In this document: in pieces, positions 29,434 to 40,726 of the stretch
Layout: the number at the start of each line of letters is the position of its first letter
Position numbering within the stretch: position 1 is the stretch's first letter
Assembly (NCBI GenBank): GCA_965207885.1
Contig: OZ242311.1
Coordinates: 992,001-1,056,000 of the forward strand
Direction: 5' to 3'
DNA from: Candidatus Latescibacterota bacterium
GTDB lineage: Bacteria > Latescibacterota > UBA2968
DNA: 64,000 nt
Program-made: the position numbers and the translations under genes
The notes under the pieces: generated by a model
Database searches by the model: none
Seen by the model: only the letters and a program-made list of their open reading frames with translations
What the model was told of the DNA's origin: nothing

Positions 29434-30873
29434 CTACTCTGCTACTACCCCTACCGGCAATGCAGTTGTGACGATTGAACCGTTTTTGCGATCTAAGAGC
29501 GCGAGATACTGGTCGCGCTGCTGGTGAAAATACGCCATGTATTTTTCGGGGATGGGTTGACCTGCGGGGCGATTGATTTTCCGCGTTGGGTTGATCAGTT
29601 TGTATTTGCCATTTACTGTGGCGTAAAAGTTGAAGTGCAAGTGTGGGCCTGTGGAGCGTCCGGTTGAACCTACATAACCGATGGTTTGTTTTTGGTTGAC
29701 GCGCTGTCCCTTTCTCAGGCCCCGCGCAAATCCCCTTAGATGGCCATAGCCGGTTTTATAGCCGTTGCTGTGTTCGATTTCGATATAGTTGCCAAGCGGA
29801 CCTTTGCGTCCGACAAAAGAAACCTTGCCATTGGCAACGGCCCAGACTTTTGTGCCGTATGGCGCGGCGTAATCCACGCCGTGATGCCGCGTGTATTTTT
29901 TTAGTATGGGATGAAATCTACGGTTGGTAAATGGGGAACTGATGCGGGTAAAGTTCAGGGGTTTACGCAGGAAGAGTGCCTGGAGTGTGCGACCTTTTGC
30001 GTCGTAGTAATTTCTGTTTCCTCTGGGGTCGGTGTAGAGAAATGCTTGAAAAGATTCTTTATCGCCTTCGTATTGGGCTGAGAGAATATCGCCATAGCGG
30101 ACAAAGGCACCGGATTTGCCGTAGAGTTTTTCAACGACGAGCGTAAATTCGTCGCCTGTTCTGCAGTCGTTGTAAAAGTCGATATAGTATTCAAATACGT
30201 ATTCGAGTTTGTCGCACAGAAGAGCCGGATTTTCACCGGTTTTTTGAAGCGCGCTCCAGATGTTGTCTTTTATGCGGCCGGATACGATAATGGCCTCTCG
30301 CTTCAATGGCAGGTTTTCTTGCCTGGCTTTGAGTTGGCCATTTATTCGTTCGACGATAAATTGCGTTTCGTGGTTGTTCTGCCTGGTGTATTTGAGGTGC
30401 TGAATGGTTGAACGGCTGTCGAGCACCAGTTCATAGCGATCCCCACGCCGAACGATATTGGGATTGAATGACGCGCGTTTAATATCTCTGTGTAGCACAT
30501 CGATAAGTTCGAGAACTTCGGTGCGCGAGATATTTTCGCTCGTGAGGGCTTCGGTGAGATTTTCTTTGTTGGCGATATAGCCCACAATTCTGGTGGTTTT
30601 GGATTCTGGAGGAAGGGTAAGTGGGAGGATGAGATCTGCTTCAACTGGATCTGGTTTTGCGGGACTTTCTTCAGTCATTTTTGCGACGGGTTCATCTTTT
30701 GCCGGTTCTTTGCCAAGACCAAAGAGCATACTGACGGATATTAGTAAGCAGAAGAAGATCCATCTTTTGCGTGGCTTGGGGGATTTGGGCTGACCTTTAT
30801 AAGCGCGAACCGGCATGTGGGGAGGGACCCTCGTGAACTTTGATGTGTTGCTGACTGAATGTGCGCCAAACAA
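29434..30873 (-). CDS. M23-family peptidoglycan DD-endopeptidase (MepM-like); start uncertain
   Basis: 'ISSPF..RFHPI', 'HHGVDYAA', 'YGHL', 'STGPHLH'; N-terminal TM segment. Confidence 0.88.
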   Translation of the reverse strand: MFGAHSVSNTSKFTRVPPHMPVRAYKGQPKSPKPRKRWIFFCLLISVSMLFGLGKEPAKDEPVAKMTEESPAKPDPVEADLILPLTLPPESKTTRIVGYIANKENLTEALTSENISRTEVLELIDVLHRDIKRASFNPNIVRRGDRYELVLDSRSTIQHLKYTRQNNHETQFIVERINGQLKARQENLPLKREAIIVSGRIKDNIWSALQKTGENPALLCDKLEYVFEYYIDFYNDCRTGDEFTLVVEKLYGKSGAFVRYGDILSAQYEGDKESFQAFLYTDPRGNRNYYDAKGRTLQALFLRKPLNFTRISSPFTNRRFHPILKKYTRHHGVDYAAPYGTKVWAVANGKVSFVGRKGPLGNYIEIEHSNGYKTGYGHLRGFARGLRKGQRVNQKQTIGYVGSTGRSTGPHLHFNFYATVNGKYKLINPTRKINRPAGQPIPEKYMAYFHQQRDQYLALLDRKNGSIVTTALPVGVVAE

Positions 30874-31039
30874 TAAACCATCTTGCTGTGTACGTCAACC
30901 GCATTATATTGGGGTCGCAAAATTGTGTCTGCTATATGTTGTAATTCGCGCGCTGTGACCTTGACGTTATCTGCAAGCCTGGGTAAATTGAGTTGTTGAA
31001 GATCAGGTGGGCCGATCAATAGCGAGGATATAATATACA

Positions 31040-32095
31040 ATGAATGCTGAGAAAATAGAACTCAAAGGTTTGTTTCCCGAAGAATTGGCACAGCATGTGT
31101 CCGATATGGGCCTGGAGCGGTACAGAACCCGACAGTTGGTTGACTGGCTCTACAACAAGGGTGTCACGGATTTTGAGTTGATGACGAATTTGTCCAAAAC
31201 CGTGCGCGCGCAGTTCGATGAGCAATTTACGCTTTTGAGATTAAATTGCGTTGGTGAATTGAGGTCTTCGTCAACAGATACGGTGAAGTTTTTGTTTGAG
31301 TTGCCCGATAAGCGGCTTATCGAGAGTGTTTTGATGTGGGATGGCAAGCGTCGCACGCTGTGTGTGTCGTCGCAGGTGGGGTGTCCGCTCGATTGCCAGT
31401 TCTGCGCGACTGCGCGCATGGGGTTGATTCGCAATTTGACGGCGGCAGAGATTGTCGAGCAGGTGTTGTACGCACAGCGTTTTTTGCGTGCAGAGGGCGA
31501 TGAGTTGACGCATGTGGTGATGATGGGGATGGGAGAACCTTTGCTGAATTTCGATCAGGTGATTCGAGCTATTCGATTGATCAATCTGGATTATGGGGCG
31601 GCTGTGGGCATACGTCGCATTACGTTGTCAACGGTTGGCCATGTGCCGGGTATTGCAAAACTGGCAAGAGCAAAACTCAAAATTGGATTGGCTGTATCGC
31701 TCAATGCGACGACCGATGAGCAGCGGTCAGAGATTATGCCGATCAATCGCAAGTGGCCTATTGCAGAACTCCTGTCCGCTGTGCGGGCTTATTACGATCA
31801 GGTCAGACGGTGGGTGACATTTGAATATGTGTTGTTGCACGGGTTTAATGATACAGCCGAAGATGCATACAGGCTGATTGACCTGATGCGAGATATTCCA
31901 TGTAAAATCAATGTGATACCGTGGAATCCCATTGAAGATGCGCGCTATGAACGCCCCCCGCAGAAAGCAATTGATCGGTTTGTCGATATTTTGTCTCAGG
32001 CAAAATTGACAGCAACTGTTCGCTATAGCAAGGGAGATGATATTGCGGCCGGGTGTGGACAGTTGTATTGGGAAATGGAGAAAGGTGTGAAGTAG
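31040..32095 (+). CDS. rlmN: 23S rRNA (adenine(2503)-C2)-methyltransferase RlmN
   Basis: 'CPLDCQFC', 'MGMGEP', 'GCGQL'. Confidence 0.95.
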   Translation: MNAEKIELKGLFPEELAQHVSDMGLERYRTRQLVDWLYNKGVTDFELMTNLSKTVRAQFDEQFTLLRLNCVGELRSSSTDTVKFLFELPDKRLIESVLMWDGKRRTLCVSSQVGCPLDCQFCATARMGLIRNLTAAEIVEQVLYAQRFLRAEGDELTHVVMMGMGEPLLNFDQVIRAIRLINLDYGAAVGIRRITLSTVGHVPGIAKLARAKLKIGLAVSLNATTDEQRSEIMPINRKWPIAELLSAVRAYYDQVRRWVTFEYVLLHGFNDTAEDAYRLIDLMRDIPCKINVIPWNPIEDARYERPPQKAIDRFVDILSQAKLTATVRYSKGDDIAAGCGQLYWEMEKGVK

Positions 32096-32120
32096 GTAGG
32101 GGACGGTCCCCGTGCCGTGC

Positions 32121-32152
32121 GTCATCGCGGCAGGGTTTTAGCCGCGATCCAG
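32121..32152 (+). repeat. REP-like palindrome copy, preceded by a GTAG-type hairpin remnant
   Basis: GTCATCGCGGCAGGGTTTTAGCCGCGATCCAG; GTAGGGGACGGTCCCC just upstream. Confidence 0.88.
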
Positions 32153-32312
32153 AAGGTTTTGCCTCTGATTTTCATCCTGTTTATCCTTTCATCCTGCAAA
32201 TCCTGATTCTGCCTTTTTACTCTTGAAATATTTCCCTATCTGTTCTATGATAAGCATAACCACGAAGCTACCTGTTTTTTCTCCTCCATAATACAGTTTG
32301 GAGATGTTTTTT

Positions 32313-33602
32313 ATGGACCAATTTGTTATCGAGGGTGGACATCCTTTGTCTGGAACTGTTGTTCCTGCTGGCAATAAGAATGCGGCTCAACCTCTTTTGG
32401 CGGCGACTTTGTTGACTGAAGAACCTGTGGTGCTAAAAAATGTACCTGATATTGGTGATATTGCCGTTATTGTCGAAATTTTGCGCGATCTGGGGGCAGA
32501 GGTTCGCTACTCGGGTGATCACGAACTGACTATTTGTACACGGGATGTCCGCAAGTCTGTGTTGCGGGCCGATTTGTGCCGAAAAGTGCGCGGCAGTTTT
32601 ATGTTTGCCGGTCCGTTGTTGGGGCGATTTGGGAGGGCGACTATTCCGCGACCTGGGGGCGATCGCATCGGTCGGCGGCGGGTCGATACGCATTTGATTG
32701 CGCTGGAAGAACTCGGTGTGCGTTTTCATACCAATCACATTTACGATTTTGAGGCGCCCAGAGGCCTTGTGGGGGCGGACATTTTTCTGGATGAGCGCAG
32801 TGTGACCGGCACTGAAAATGCCGTGATGGCAGCGGTTCTTGCGCGAGGTACGACTATTTTGAGCAATGTGGCTTCAGAGCCTCATGTGCAGGAATTGTGT
32901 TTGATGCTGAACAGGATGGGTGCTCAAATTTCGGGTATTGGGACCAATGAACTGGTTATTGAAGGCGTGTCGAGGCTCTGTGGAACAACGCATACGATTG
33001 GTCCAGATTATATGGAGGTCGGCAGTTTTATTGGATTGGCAGGGGCGACCAATAGCGAGATACGCATTGTCAATGCTGCGCCCAAAAATATGCGCAAGAG
33101 TTTGATGGTGTTTCGGCGTTTGGGGCTGGAAGTTGAGGTCGATGGACAGGATATTGTGGTGCCGTCCTTTCAAAAGCTGGAAATTATGCCGGATGTGGGC
33201 GATGCGATTCCGCGCATTGACAACGATCCCTGGCCGGGTTTTCCACCCGATTTAATGAGTATTGCCATTGTGTTGGCGACACAGGCGCGGGGTACGGTGC
33301 TGTTTTTTGAGAAGATGTTTGAACAGCGCATGTACTGGTTGGACCGTCTCATCGATATGGGCGCGAAGATTGTGATTTGTGACCCGCATCGCGCTGTGGT
33401 GGTGGGGCCGTCAAAACTTTATGGCGAGCATTTGACGAGTCCCGATATTCGAGCGGGTATGGCGCTGATTATTGCGGCTTTGTGTGCCGAGGGTCAAAGT
33501 GTGATTAGAAATATCGAACAGATCGATCGCGGTTACGAACAAATCGATACGCGCTTGCGCAGTTTGGGTGCGCGTATTCAGCGGGTGACGGTAGAGGAGT
33601 AA
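32313..33602 (+). CDS. murA: UDP-N-acetylglucosamine 1-carboxyvinyltransferase (Asp-type)
   Basis: 'GNKNAA', 'PGGDRIG', 'SVTGTEN', 'PGFPPD', 'DIRAG', 'IDRGY'. Confidence 0.95.
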   Translation: MDQFVIEGGHPLSGTVVPAGNKNAAQPLLAATLLTEEPVVLKNVPDIGDIAVIVEILRDLGAEVRYSGDHELTICTRDVRKSVLRADLCRKVRGSFMFAGPLLGRFGRATIPRPGGDRIGRRRVDTHLIALEELGVRFHTNHIYDFEAPRGLVGADIFLDERSVTGTENAVMAAVLARGTTILSNVASEPHVQELCLMLNRMGAQISGIGTNELVIEGVSRLCGTTHTIGPDYMEVGSFIGLAGATNSEIRIVNAAPKNMRKSLMVFRRLGLEVEVDGQDIVVPSFQKLEIMPDVGDAIPRIDNDPWPGFPPDLMSIAIVLATQARGTVLFFEKMFEQRMYWLDRLIDMGAKIVICDPHRAVVVGPSKLYGEHLTSPDIRAGMALIIAALCAEGQSVIRNIEQIDRGYEQIDTRLRSLGARIQRVTVEE

Positions 33603-33622
33603 TGGTAAAGAGGTGATTTGAT

Positions 33623-34948
33623 GTGACGAATGACCAGGATGCACGCATGGGCGCGCTGGAAATTGTGCGTCGTTTGCAGGCGCGGGGTTTTCGCGCTTTG
33701 TGGGCTGGTGGATGCGTGCGAGACATGTTGATGGGGCAGGTGCCCCGCGATTACGATATTGCCACAAATGCCGATCTCCAACAGGTGATCGGCATTTTTC
33801 CTCATGCACAGGTGGTTGGGGCGCATTTTGGGGTGGTGATTGTGCGGCTGGGTGATTATCATTATGAGGTGGCGCGTTTTCGCCGCGATCTGAAGTATTC
33901 CGATGGTCGGCATCCCGATGGTGTGGTGTTCGTGGATGAAGAAGAGGACGCGAGGAGGCGCGATTTTACCATTAATGGGATGTTTTACGATCCGGTGGTC
34001 AATGTTGTGCTCGACTATGTGGGGGGACAGGCTGATTTAAAAAAAAAGGCGATCCGCACGATTGGCGATCCGCATGCCCGATTTCGTGAAGATCGATTGC
34101 GTATGTTGCGCGCGATTCGCTTTGCGTGTCGGTATCACTGGCCCCTTGAGGAGAAGACGCGAGAGGCTATTGGAGAACTGAGCGCGGGTATTGTTTTTAT
34201 AAGTCACGAGCGCATTCGCGATGAAGTTGTTAAAATTTTGACCGAGGGGGGCTCGCCTTTGGGGGTGCGCTGGCTGATCGATTTGGGATTGATGGCGGTT
34301 TTTATGCCCGAGGTTGTGGCTATGGATGGTGTGCCCCAACCGCCTCAGTTTCATCCCGAAGGCGATGTGTTGACCCATACGCTTATTATGTTGGGTTTGA
34401 TGCAGAATCCCTCTGTAGAGTTGGCGATGGGTATTTTGTTGCACGATGTGGGCAAACCCCCTACTTATGAGGTGCGGGATCGCATTCGGTTTCACAATCA
34501 TACAAAAGTTGGGCGCGAGATGGCCGAGGAGATTTGCAGAAGGTTGCGTTTTTCGTCGGAACAGATAAAGCATATTGCGGCGTTGGTAGCAGATCATCAC
34601 AAATTTATGCATGTACAGGAGATGCGCTCGAGTACGTTGAAGCGCTTTTTGCGTACGGATCGGTTTGAAGATCACCTGGAATTGCACCGGATTGATTGTT
34701 TGTCGAGCCATGGTGCGTTGGACAATTATGCGTTTTGTAAGGCTGCGCTGGAGAATCTGGAGCCAGAACAAATCAGACCTGTTCCGTTGATTAATGGACG
34801 CGATTTGATTGCGATGGGACAAAAACCCGGTCCCGCGTTTAAGAAGGTGTTGCGGGCTGTTGAAGATGCACAGTTAGAAGGGCGTGTAACGCGACGCGAT
34901 GAGGCGTTGAGGTTGGCTACACAGGTGTTTGAATCGCTTGGGTTGTAG
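33623..34948 (+). CDS. CCA tRNA nucleotidyltransferase / poly(A) polymerase family protein with HD domain
   Basis: 'GGCVRD', 'DYDIAT', 'RRDFTIN', 'EDRLRMLRA', 'LLHDVGK'. Confidence 0.9.
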   Translation: MTNDQDARMGALEIVRRLQARGFRALWAGGCVRDMLMGQVPRDYDIATNADLQQVIGIFPHAQVVGAHFGVVIVRLGDYHYEVARFRRDLKYSDGRHPDGVVFVDEEEDARRRDFTINGMFYDPVVNVVLDYVGGQADLKKKAIRTIGDPHARFREDRLRMLRAIRFACRYHWPLEEKTREAIGELSAGIVFISHERIRDEVVKILTEGGSPLGVRWLIDLGLMAVFMPEVVAMDGVPQPPQFHPEGDVLTHTLIMLGLMQNPSVELAMGILLHDVGKPPTYEVRDRIRFHNHTKVGREMAEEICRRLRFSSEQIKHIAALVADHHKFMHVQEMRSSTLKRFLRTDRFEDHLELHRIDCLSSHGALDNYAFCKAALENLEPEQIRPVPLINGRDLIAMGQKPGPAFKKVLRAVEDAQLEGRVTRRDEALRLATQVFESLGL

Positions 34949-35045
34949 TTCTGCAGTTCATCCTGCAACTGTTTGCCCGTTGAGATGTATAAGAGATGAT
35001 ATTTGAGATGTTTACTGGTTGCTGTTTTTTTCAGGAGGTAGGAGA

Positions 35046-35612
35046 ATGTATAAACGATTGTTTGCAGGTCTGATGTTGATGGCTATGGGGTGGACACCCG
35101 CCTGGGCGACGACTGTGAAGACGTTTGTTTTTGAAGAAATGTGCGAAACTGCGCAGACTATTGTATATGTCAAATGTCTCGCGCGCGATAATGCAGTTTT
35201 TGCCGATCGAGAGGGTATTTTTACCCAAACGCGGTTTAAAATTATGGAGGTGGTCAAAGGGCAGACTGATTCAGAAATGGTGCTGACTTTGCCCGGCGGT
35301 GAGTGGGAAGGACAGCGCATGTATGTGCCTGGTATGCCGCAGTTTGTGGTGGGGCAAGAGACTGTGCTGTTTCTTTCGAAGCGCGACGATTTTGGTTCTC
35401 CATGGCCGATGGGATTGGGACAGGGATGTTATGCCGTGCAGGTGGGCGAAGGTGGAAATCGCCAGGTCAGACTCAGACATGTGCCTTTGCCTCCGGAGGT
35501 GCGCAGCAAACCCGCACAAGCGCAAACATCGCACATGGAGTTGGGCGATTTTTTGACTGCGGTTCGAGAAGTGCTCAATTTGAACCAGCAAGAGGCACCT
35601 GCTGAACAGTAA
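35046..35612 (+). CDS. Secreted hypothetical protein
   Basis: SD AGGAG; signal peptide ending 'PAWA'; 'LPGG...VPGMPQF..GQETVLFL'. Confidence 0.7.
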   Translation: MYKRLFAGLMLMAMGWTPAWATTVKTFVFEEMCETAQTIVYVKCLARDNAVFADREGIFTQTRFKIMEVVKGQTDSEMVLTLPGGEWEGQRMYVPGMPQFVVGQETVLFLSKRDDFGSPWPMGLGQGCYAVQVGEGGNRQVRLRHVPLPPEVRSKPAQAQTSHMELGDFLTAVREVLNLNQQEAPAEQ

Positions 35613-35620
35613 GGGGTAAT

Positions 35621-36709
35621 ATGAATCTGCATTTTGATATTCGAGATATTTTTCGCTGTGTGCGACTGGGTTGGTCTGGGAAAAAAATTTGGGTTGGGCT
35701 GTTGGGGCTGGCCGCAGCTTGGGCGGGCTATTCGGCTTTGTTGCTTATCGCACATGTCCGCGCAGGCAGTGGGGACATGTGGCAGCGCTATGGTTTATTC
35801 CCTGGCGCAGCGATCGGTGAATTTGATCTGCTTGGCACGGGGTTGCACATTTTGGGCATGGTGTTTGCCCTTGCGGTGGTGTTTGTAACGACCAGTATGA
35901 TGTGCAAGATCACTTTTCAGCAGCTTCGGGGCGATGAATTTTATTCGGTTGGCGATGTCTGCCGATTTGCAAGCGCGCGCTGGAAAACCGTGCTGTTTGG
36001 CCCCGTTGCCGTGCTTGCTCTGTTTGCCCTTTTTGTGGTTGGCGGCGTTGTGATTGGGTGGATTGCCGGCTGGATCCCCTCGGTGGGTGAGATAGTTTTC
36101 GCGCTGTGTTTTATTCCCATTTTTTTTGCGGCTTTGTTGGCTGTGTTTATCGGTCTGGTATTTGTTGTTGCTGTGATTATGTCGCCAGCTATTGTGGGTA
36201 CAGAGGGGGTTGATATTTTAGATGTTGTGATACAGTCGTTTTCACTGACGTGGTCACAGCCCTGGCGATTGGTTTTGTATGCGGTGTGGATGATTTTTGC
36301 GGTGTGGGTTGGTTTGATGATGCTGGGAGCTTTAACCATGGGTGCGATTGGTCTGATTGCCTGGGCATGTGGTTTGTTTATGGATGTTAAACTGGCCAAT
36401 CTTTTTTACGTGGCGTCGCACTATCTCTTGTTTGTCCCGGAGAAATGGGATGATTTGTTTGCGAGTTTGCCCGTGCCTGGGACACCGTCGGGAGCCGAGG
36501 TCTGGGGTGGTGGTATCCTCGGGGTGATGCTCATTGTGATTACGGGTATTGTGGTTGCTTATGTCCAGGCGACTTATGCGTCGGGACTGAGTTTGATGTA
36601 TGTGGTTTTAAGACATCGCAAGGACGATGAAAATTTGCTTGCTCGAGATGATGATCTCGAGGTTGTGAGCGAGGAGGCCAGCGATAACACTGATTCCGAA
36701 ACGGCATAG
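35621..36709 (+). CDS. Multi-pass membrane protein, unknown function
   Basis: Several long hydrophobic segments; operonic spacing. Confidence 0.7.
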   Translation: MNLHFDIRDIFRCVRLGWSGKKIWVGLLGLAAAWAGYSALLLIAHVRAGSGDMWQRYGLFPGAAIGEFDLLGTGLHILGMVFALAVVFVTTSMMCKITFQQLRGDEFYSVGDVCRFASARWKTVLFGPVAVLALFALFVVGGVVIGWIAGWIPSVGEIVFALCFIPIFFAALLAVFIGLVFVVAVIMSPAIVGTEGVDILDVVIQSFSLTWSQPWRLVLYAVWMIFAVWVGLMMLGALTMGAIGLIAWACGLFMDVKLANLFYVASHYLLFVPEKWDDLFASLPVPGTPSGAEVWGGGILGVMLIVITGIVVAYVQATYASGLSLMYVVLRHRKDDENLLARDDDLEVVSEEASDNTDSETA

Positions 36710-36728
36710 GTCAAATTTTCCCGTTGAC

Positions 36729-37742
36729 TTGCTGCGCGAGGTGGCAATCCAGGCGCGGCTGGCCGAAGGTGCCGAGGGTGTGCGTCGCATTCTGCGAACG
36801 GTTTTTATGGCTGAGCAGATTCCCGTTCGCAATGTCGCCCAGGAGGTGGGGTTGCCCGTTCCCGTGGTTGCCGCTGTGCGGGGTGAATTGGAAAAGAGAG
36901 GTATTTTGACGCGAAAAGGAGGGGTTTCGCTCACGGGTAAGGGCCTGAGTGTTGTGCAATCGGAGTTGGGGCTGTCATGCCGCAAACGCTTTGCGCGCCC
37001 GGGCGTGCCTCCCATACCTGTGGTTTTGAAAGATCTGTGTGGTCGTTTTGCAGATATTGCTGAGAGGCGACCAGAGGTCGATGTCAAACTGGATCAGTCT
37101 CATGCAACGCCCGAAACTGTTTTAAGGCGCGCTGTGTATTTGTACGAACACGATGCTCTCGAAGGGCGCAATCTGCTCGTTCTTGGGGACGACGATCTGA
37201 CGTCTGTGGCGGTGGGATTGCTGGCGCAGCATTTGGAGATTGTTCTCGGGCAGGTGGTGGTGTTGGAGTGCGATGGGCGGCTCGTTGATTTTCTCGGTGT
37301 AATCAGCGAACGCGAAGGGTTGCCTATCACTGTGATTGCACGCGATTTGCGCGAAGATATTCCGGGTGACCTGTGCGGGCAAATGGATGTGTTTTTTACC
37401 GATCCACCCTACACGTTGTCCGGTTTGTCGTTATTTGTTTCTCGCGGTGCTTCTGCACTGGTGCCCGAGGTGGGCAAGCAGGGGTTTGTCAGTTTTGGCC
37501 GTCGTTCACCAGATGAGACAGTACGGGCGATTGGTTCATTGATCGAGATGGGCTTTGCGCCTGTGGAAATCATACCGGATTTTAATGAATATGTCGGTGC
37601 CCAGGTATTGGGTGGGGTCAGTCAGATGATTCGTCTGATTTCTACCGGGAAGCCACAGCCTCTTGTGACTGGCACATATCACGGGGCACTGTACACGGCT
37701 GATCTCAAAAGGCGGCGACAAGGTGATCGGGCATCCCATTGA
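36729..37742 (+). CDS. Branched-chain polyamine synthase BpsA/DUF43-like SAM-fold protein with N-terminal HTH-like region
   Basis: 'LDQSHATPETVLRRA', 'VLGDDDLTSVA', 'DVFFTDPPYT', 'PDFNEY'. Confidence 0.78.
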   Translation: MLREVAIQARLAEGAEGVRRILRTVFMAEQIPVRNVAQEVGLPVPVVAAVRGELEKRGILTRKGGVSLTGKGLSVVQSELGLSCRKRFARPGVPPIPVVLKDLCGRFADIAERRPEVDVKLDQSHATPETVLRRAVYLYEHDALEGRNLLVLGDDDLTSVAVGLLAQHLEIVLGQVVVLECDGRLVDFLGVISEREGLPITVIARDLREDIPGDLCGQMDVFFTDPPYTLSGLSLFVSRGASALVPEVGKQGFVSFGRRSPDETVRAIGSLIEMGFAPVEIIPDFNEYVGAQVLGGVSQMIRLISTGKPQPLVTGTYHGALYTADLKRRRQGDRASH

Positions 37743-38601
37743 TCCCACGTATGGCGAGTATTTGCGCGATGTGTTTTTGCGAGCAAATAAGCGGGCTTGG
37801 TGTTATTTTCCGCCCTTTCTCTGTGCTTTTAGTCTCGCTCCCAATCGGATTGTTTGCGTCGATGAAATTGCGGGGAGTACGTGTCTGTTCGTACAGCGTC
37901 CAGAAGGTGTTGACTTGCTGCTGCCACCTGTTCCCTGTGATGCTGATACGCTGAAGAGGGTTGTCGATAAACTTGCCTCTCATCAGGGTGGTCGTCTGCC
38001 GAGAATTTTGTGGTTAGATGCCTGTGATGCCAAATATGTAGATACCGACAAGTTTGCACTTCGCGATAAAGACGCAGAATACGTTTACGATCCATCGCAG
38101 ATTGCTGTGGCTACAGGAAGGCGTTTCAGGGATGTGCGCAAGCGCGTGCGCCGTTTTGAGCGCGCCCACGCGTTCCGTTTTCGCGCTTTGACTGCGTGGG
38201 ATGTGCCGGATTGTTTCGCGCTGTTGAAGCATTGGCGTCGGCGCCAGGGGCGTCGGCATCCCTTTTTGCTGGACTGGGGATATACGCGAGTAGCGCTCGA
38301 TCAGTTTCATTTTTGGTCAGAAGATGTGTTGTGGGGGTGGTGTGTGGAGGTTGCGGGACGGATTGAGGCTTTTGCCCTGAGCGGAAAGATGCAGCCCGAT
38401 TTGGCGCATTTTTTTGTTGCGAAGACCAATCCCGATTTGCCCGATTTGTCGTATTTTTTGCGATGGCGGGTCTATGGCGCGTTGTCTGCTTATCGCCGCG
38501 TAAATGACGCTGGAGATCTGGGTTTGTCGGGTTTGCGCCAGTTCAAGCAGAAATTTCGACCTGTGGATCAGTGGCGGGTTTTTTCAGCAGAACCCCTGTG
38601 A
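37723..38601 (+). CDS. DUF2156 / aminoacyl-tRNA-dependent transferase-like GNAT-fold protein
   Basis: 'EYVYD', 'GRRF..VRKRVRRF', 'VNDAGDLGLSGLRQFKQKFRP'. Confidence 0.7.
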   Translation: MIGHPIDPTYGEYLRDVFLRANKRAWCYFPPFLCAFSLAPNRIVCVDEIAGSTCLFVQRPEGVDLLLPPVPCDADTLKRVVDKLASHQGGRLPRILWLDACDAKYVDTDKFALRDKDAEYVYDPSQIAVATGRRFRDVRKRVRRFERAHAFRFRALTAWDVPDCFALLKHWRRRQGRRHPFLLDWGYTRVALDQFHFWSEDVLWGWCVEVAGRIEAFALSGKMQPDLAHFFVAKTNPDLPDLSYFLRWRVYGALSAYRRVNDAGDLGLSGLRQFKQKFRPVDQWRVFSAEPL

Positions 38602-38609
38602 GGCATATT

Positions 38610-38897
38610 ATGAACAGGTTGCTAATCGTTGCAATTTTTAGTCTATGGATTTGTGGATGCGAGACCACATCGCCCTCTTCTTATGTTTATTACGAGGTGG
38701 TGCATTCTCCAGAGCAAGTCGCGGTGGGAGATTCTCTGTTGATAGAGACCAGAGAGGGCGCGACATTTCAAGGGATTTTGTTGCGGGCAGATAAAGAAGA
38801 GATTGTGGTGACGACAGAGACGCAGGGTAAGGTCCGGGTACTCTGGCGCGAGGTCTCCAAGGTGAAGCGCGTTATAAGGGCAAGGGCGCAGGAGTGA
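38610..38897 (+). CDS. Small lipoprotein
   Basis: Signal sequence with 'WICGC' lipobox-like motif. Confidence 0.6.
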   Translation: MNRLLIVAIFSLWICGCETTSPSSYVYYEVVHSPEQVAVGDSLLIETREGATFQGILLRADKEEIVVTTETQGKVRVLWREVSKVKRVIRARAQE

Positions 38898-39687
38898 GAA
38901 GACGATCTACTTCGTTGGACCAGGTGTTGGCAATGCAAAGGCCGTATTCTTTTTTTCCTCCTGTGGCAAGGGGACCTGTGAGGTGGGTATAGCGTCGGGT
39001 CGCTTTGAGGTTTTTGGGGATATAGTCGGTGTTCAAAAAGTGCAGTGCAAGGCCCGCGCGTTCTCTGTGTGTGGTATTTGCATGTGTGCGATGTGCAATG
39101 CCAAAGTTGAAGAAGACGGCACCTCCGGCTGGCAATTCAATGGGGATGGCTCTTTCTTCGGGTACTGTGCAGTGGATGTGGTGGTCGCTGTTGGGGTCCC
39201 GGTCGTGGGCGTAAATTTCGCGGTGGCTGTCGGGTACGATGTGCAGTGTGCCGTTGGCGATGTTGGCATCGTGAAGGGCAACCCACATGCCAACGCCTTT
39301 GGCGGGATCGCTGATTTTGAAATACGCGTTGTCCTGGTGCCAGTCCGTGCCAATGCCCTGTTTGCCAGGTTTGAGAAAGATCTGGTCGAGGTGGAATACA
39401 AAGGGAGAGCCGATGAGTTGCCCGACAAGCGCGAGGACTTTGGGGTGAAAGTGCAGGGCGCGATAAAAAGGGCTTTTGGGCGTGATGGGACAGATTTGCA
39501 GGTTGATTTGCGTTTGTGAATGGGTCTGCCCATCCCCGTCGGTGGCGACATTGCGGAGGAGGCCCTCGCGTTTGAAGCGGTCGAGTTCAGCGCGCATGGC
39601 GCGTATTTCCCGGCGGGTGAACATGTCGGGGACTATGGCGTAACCCGAGGTGCGAAAGCGGTCGAGTTGTTCTTGTGTTAGAGACAT
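38872..39687 (-). CDS. Phytanoyl-CoA dioxygenase (PhyH) family Fe(II)/2OG oxygenase
   Basis: 'WHQDNAY', 'WVALHDA..ANGTL', distal His 'AHRT'. Confidence 0.9.
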   Translation of the reverse strand: MSLTQEQLDRFRTSGYAIVPDMFTRREIRAMRAELDRFKREGLLRNVATDGDGQTHSQTQINLQICPITPKSPFYRALHFHPKVLALVGQLIGSPFVFHLDQIFLKPGKQGIGTDWHQDNAYFKISDPAKGVGMWVALHDANIANGTLHIVPDSHREIYAHDRDPNSDHHIHCTVPEERAIPIELPAGGAVFFNFGIAHRTHANTTHRERAGLALHFLNTDYIPKNLKATRRYTHLTGPLATGGKKEYGLCIANTWSNEVDRLLTPAPLPL

Positions 39688-39695
39688 TTTCCCTC

Positions 39696-40715
<1,020 letters not shown>

Positions 40716-40726
40716 TTGCGAGGCGG

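Noticed and set aside
31040-32095. Radical SAM gene as the missing RiPP maturase
   Set aside because: It is a canonical RlmN in a housekeeping context, about 18 kb from the island
32173-32210. ATCCTG-type short-period repeats
   Set aside because: Low-complexity intergenic repeat seen once; no function can be supported
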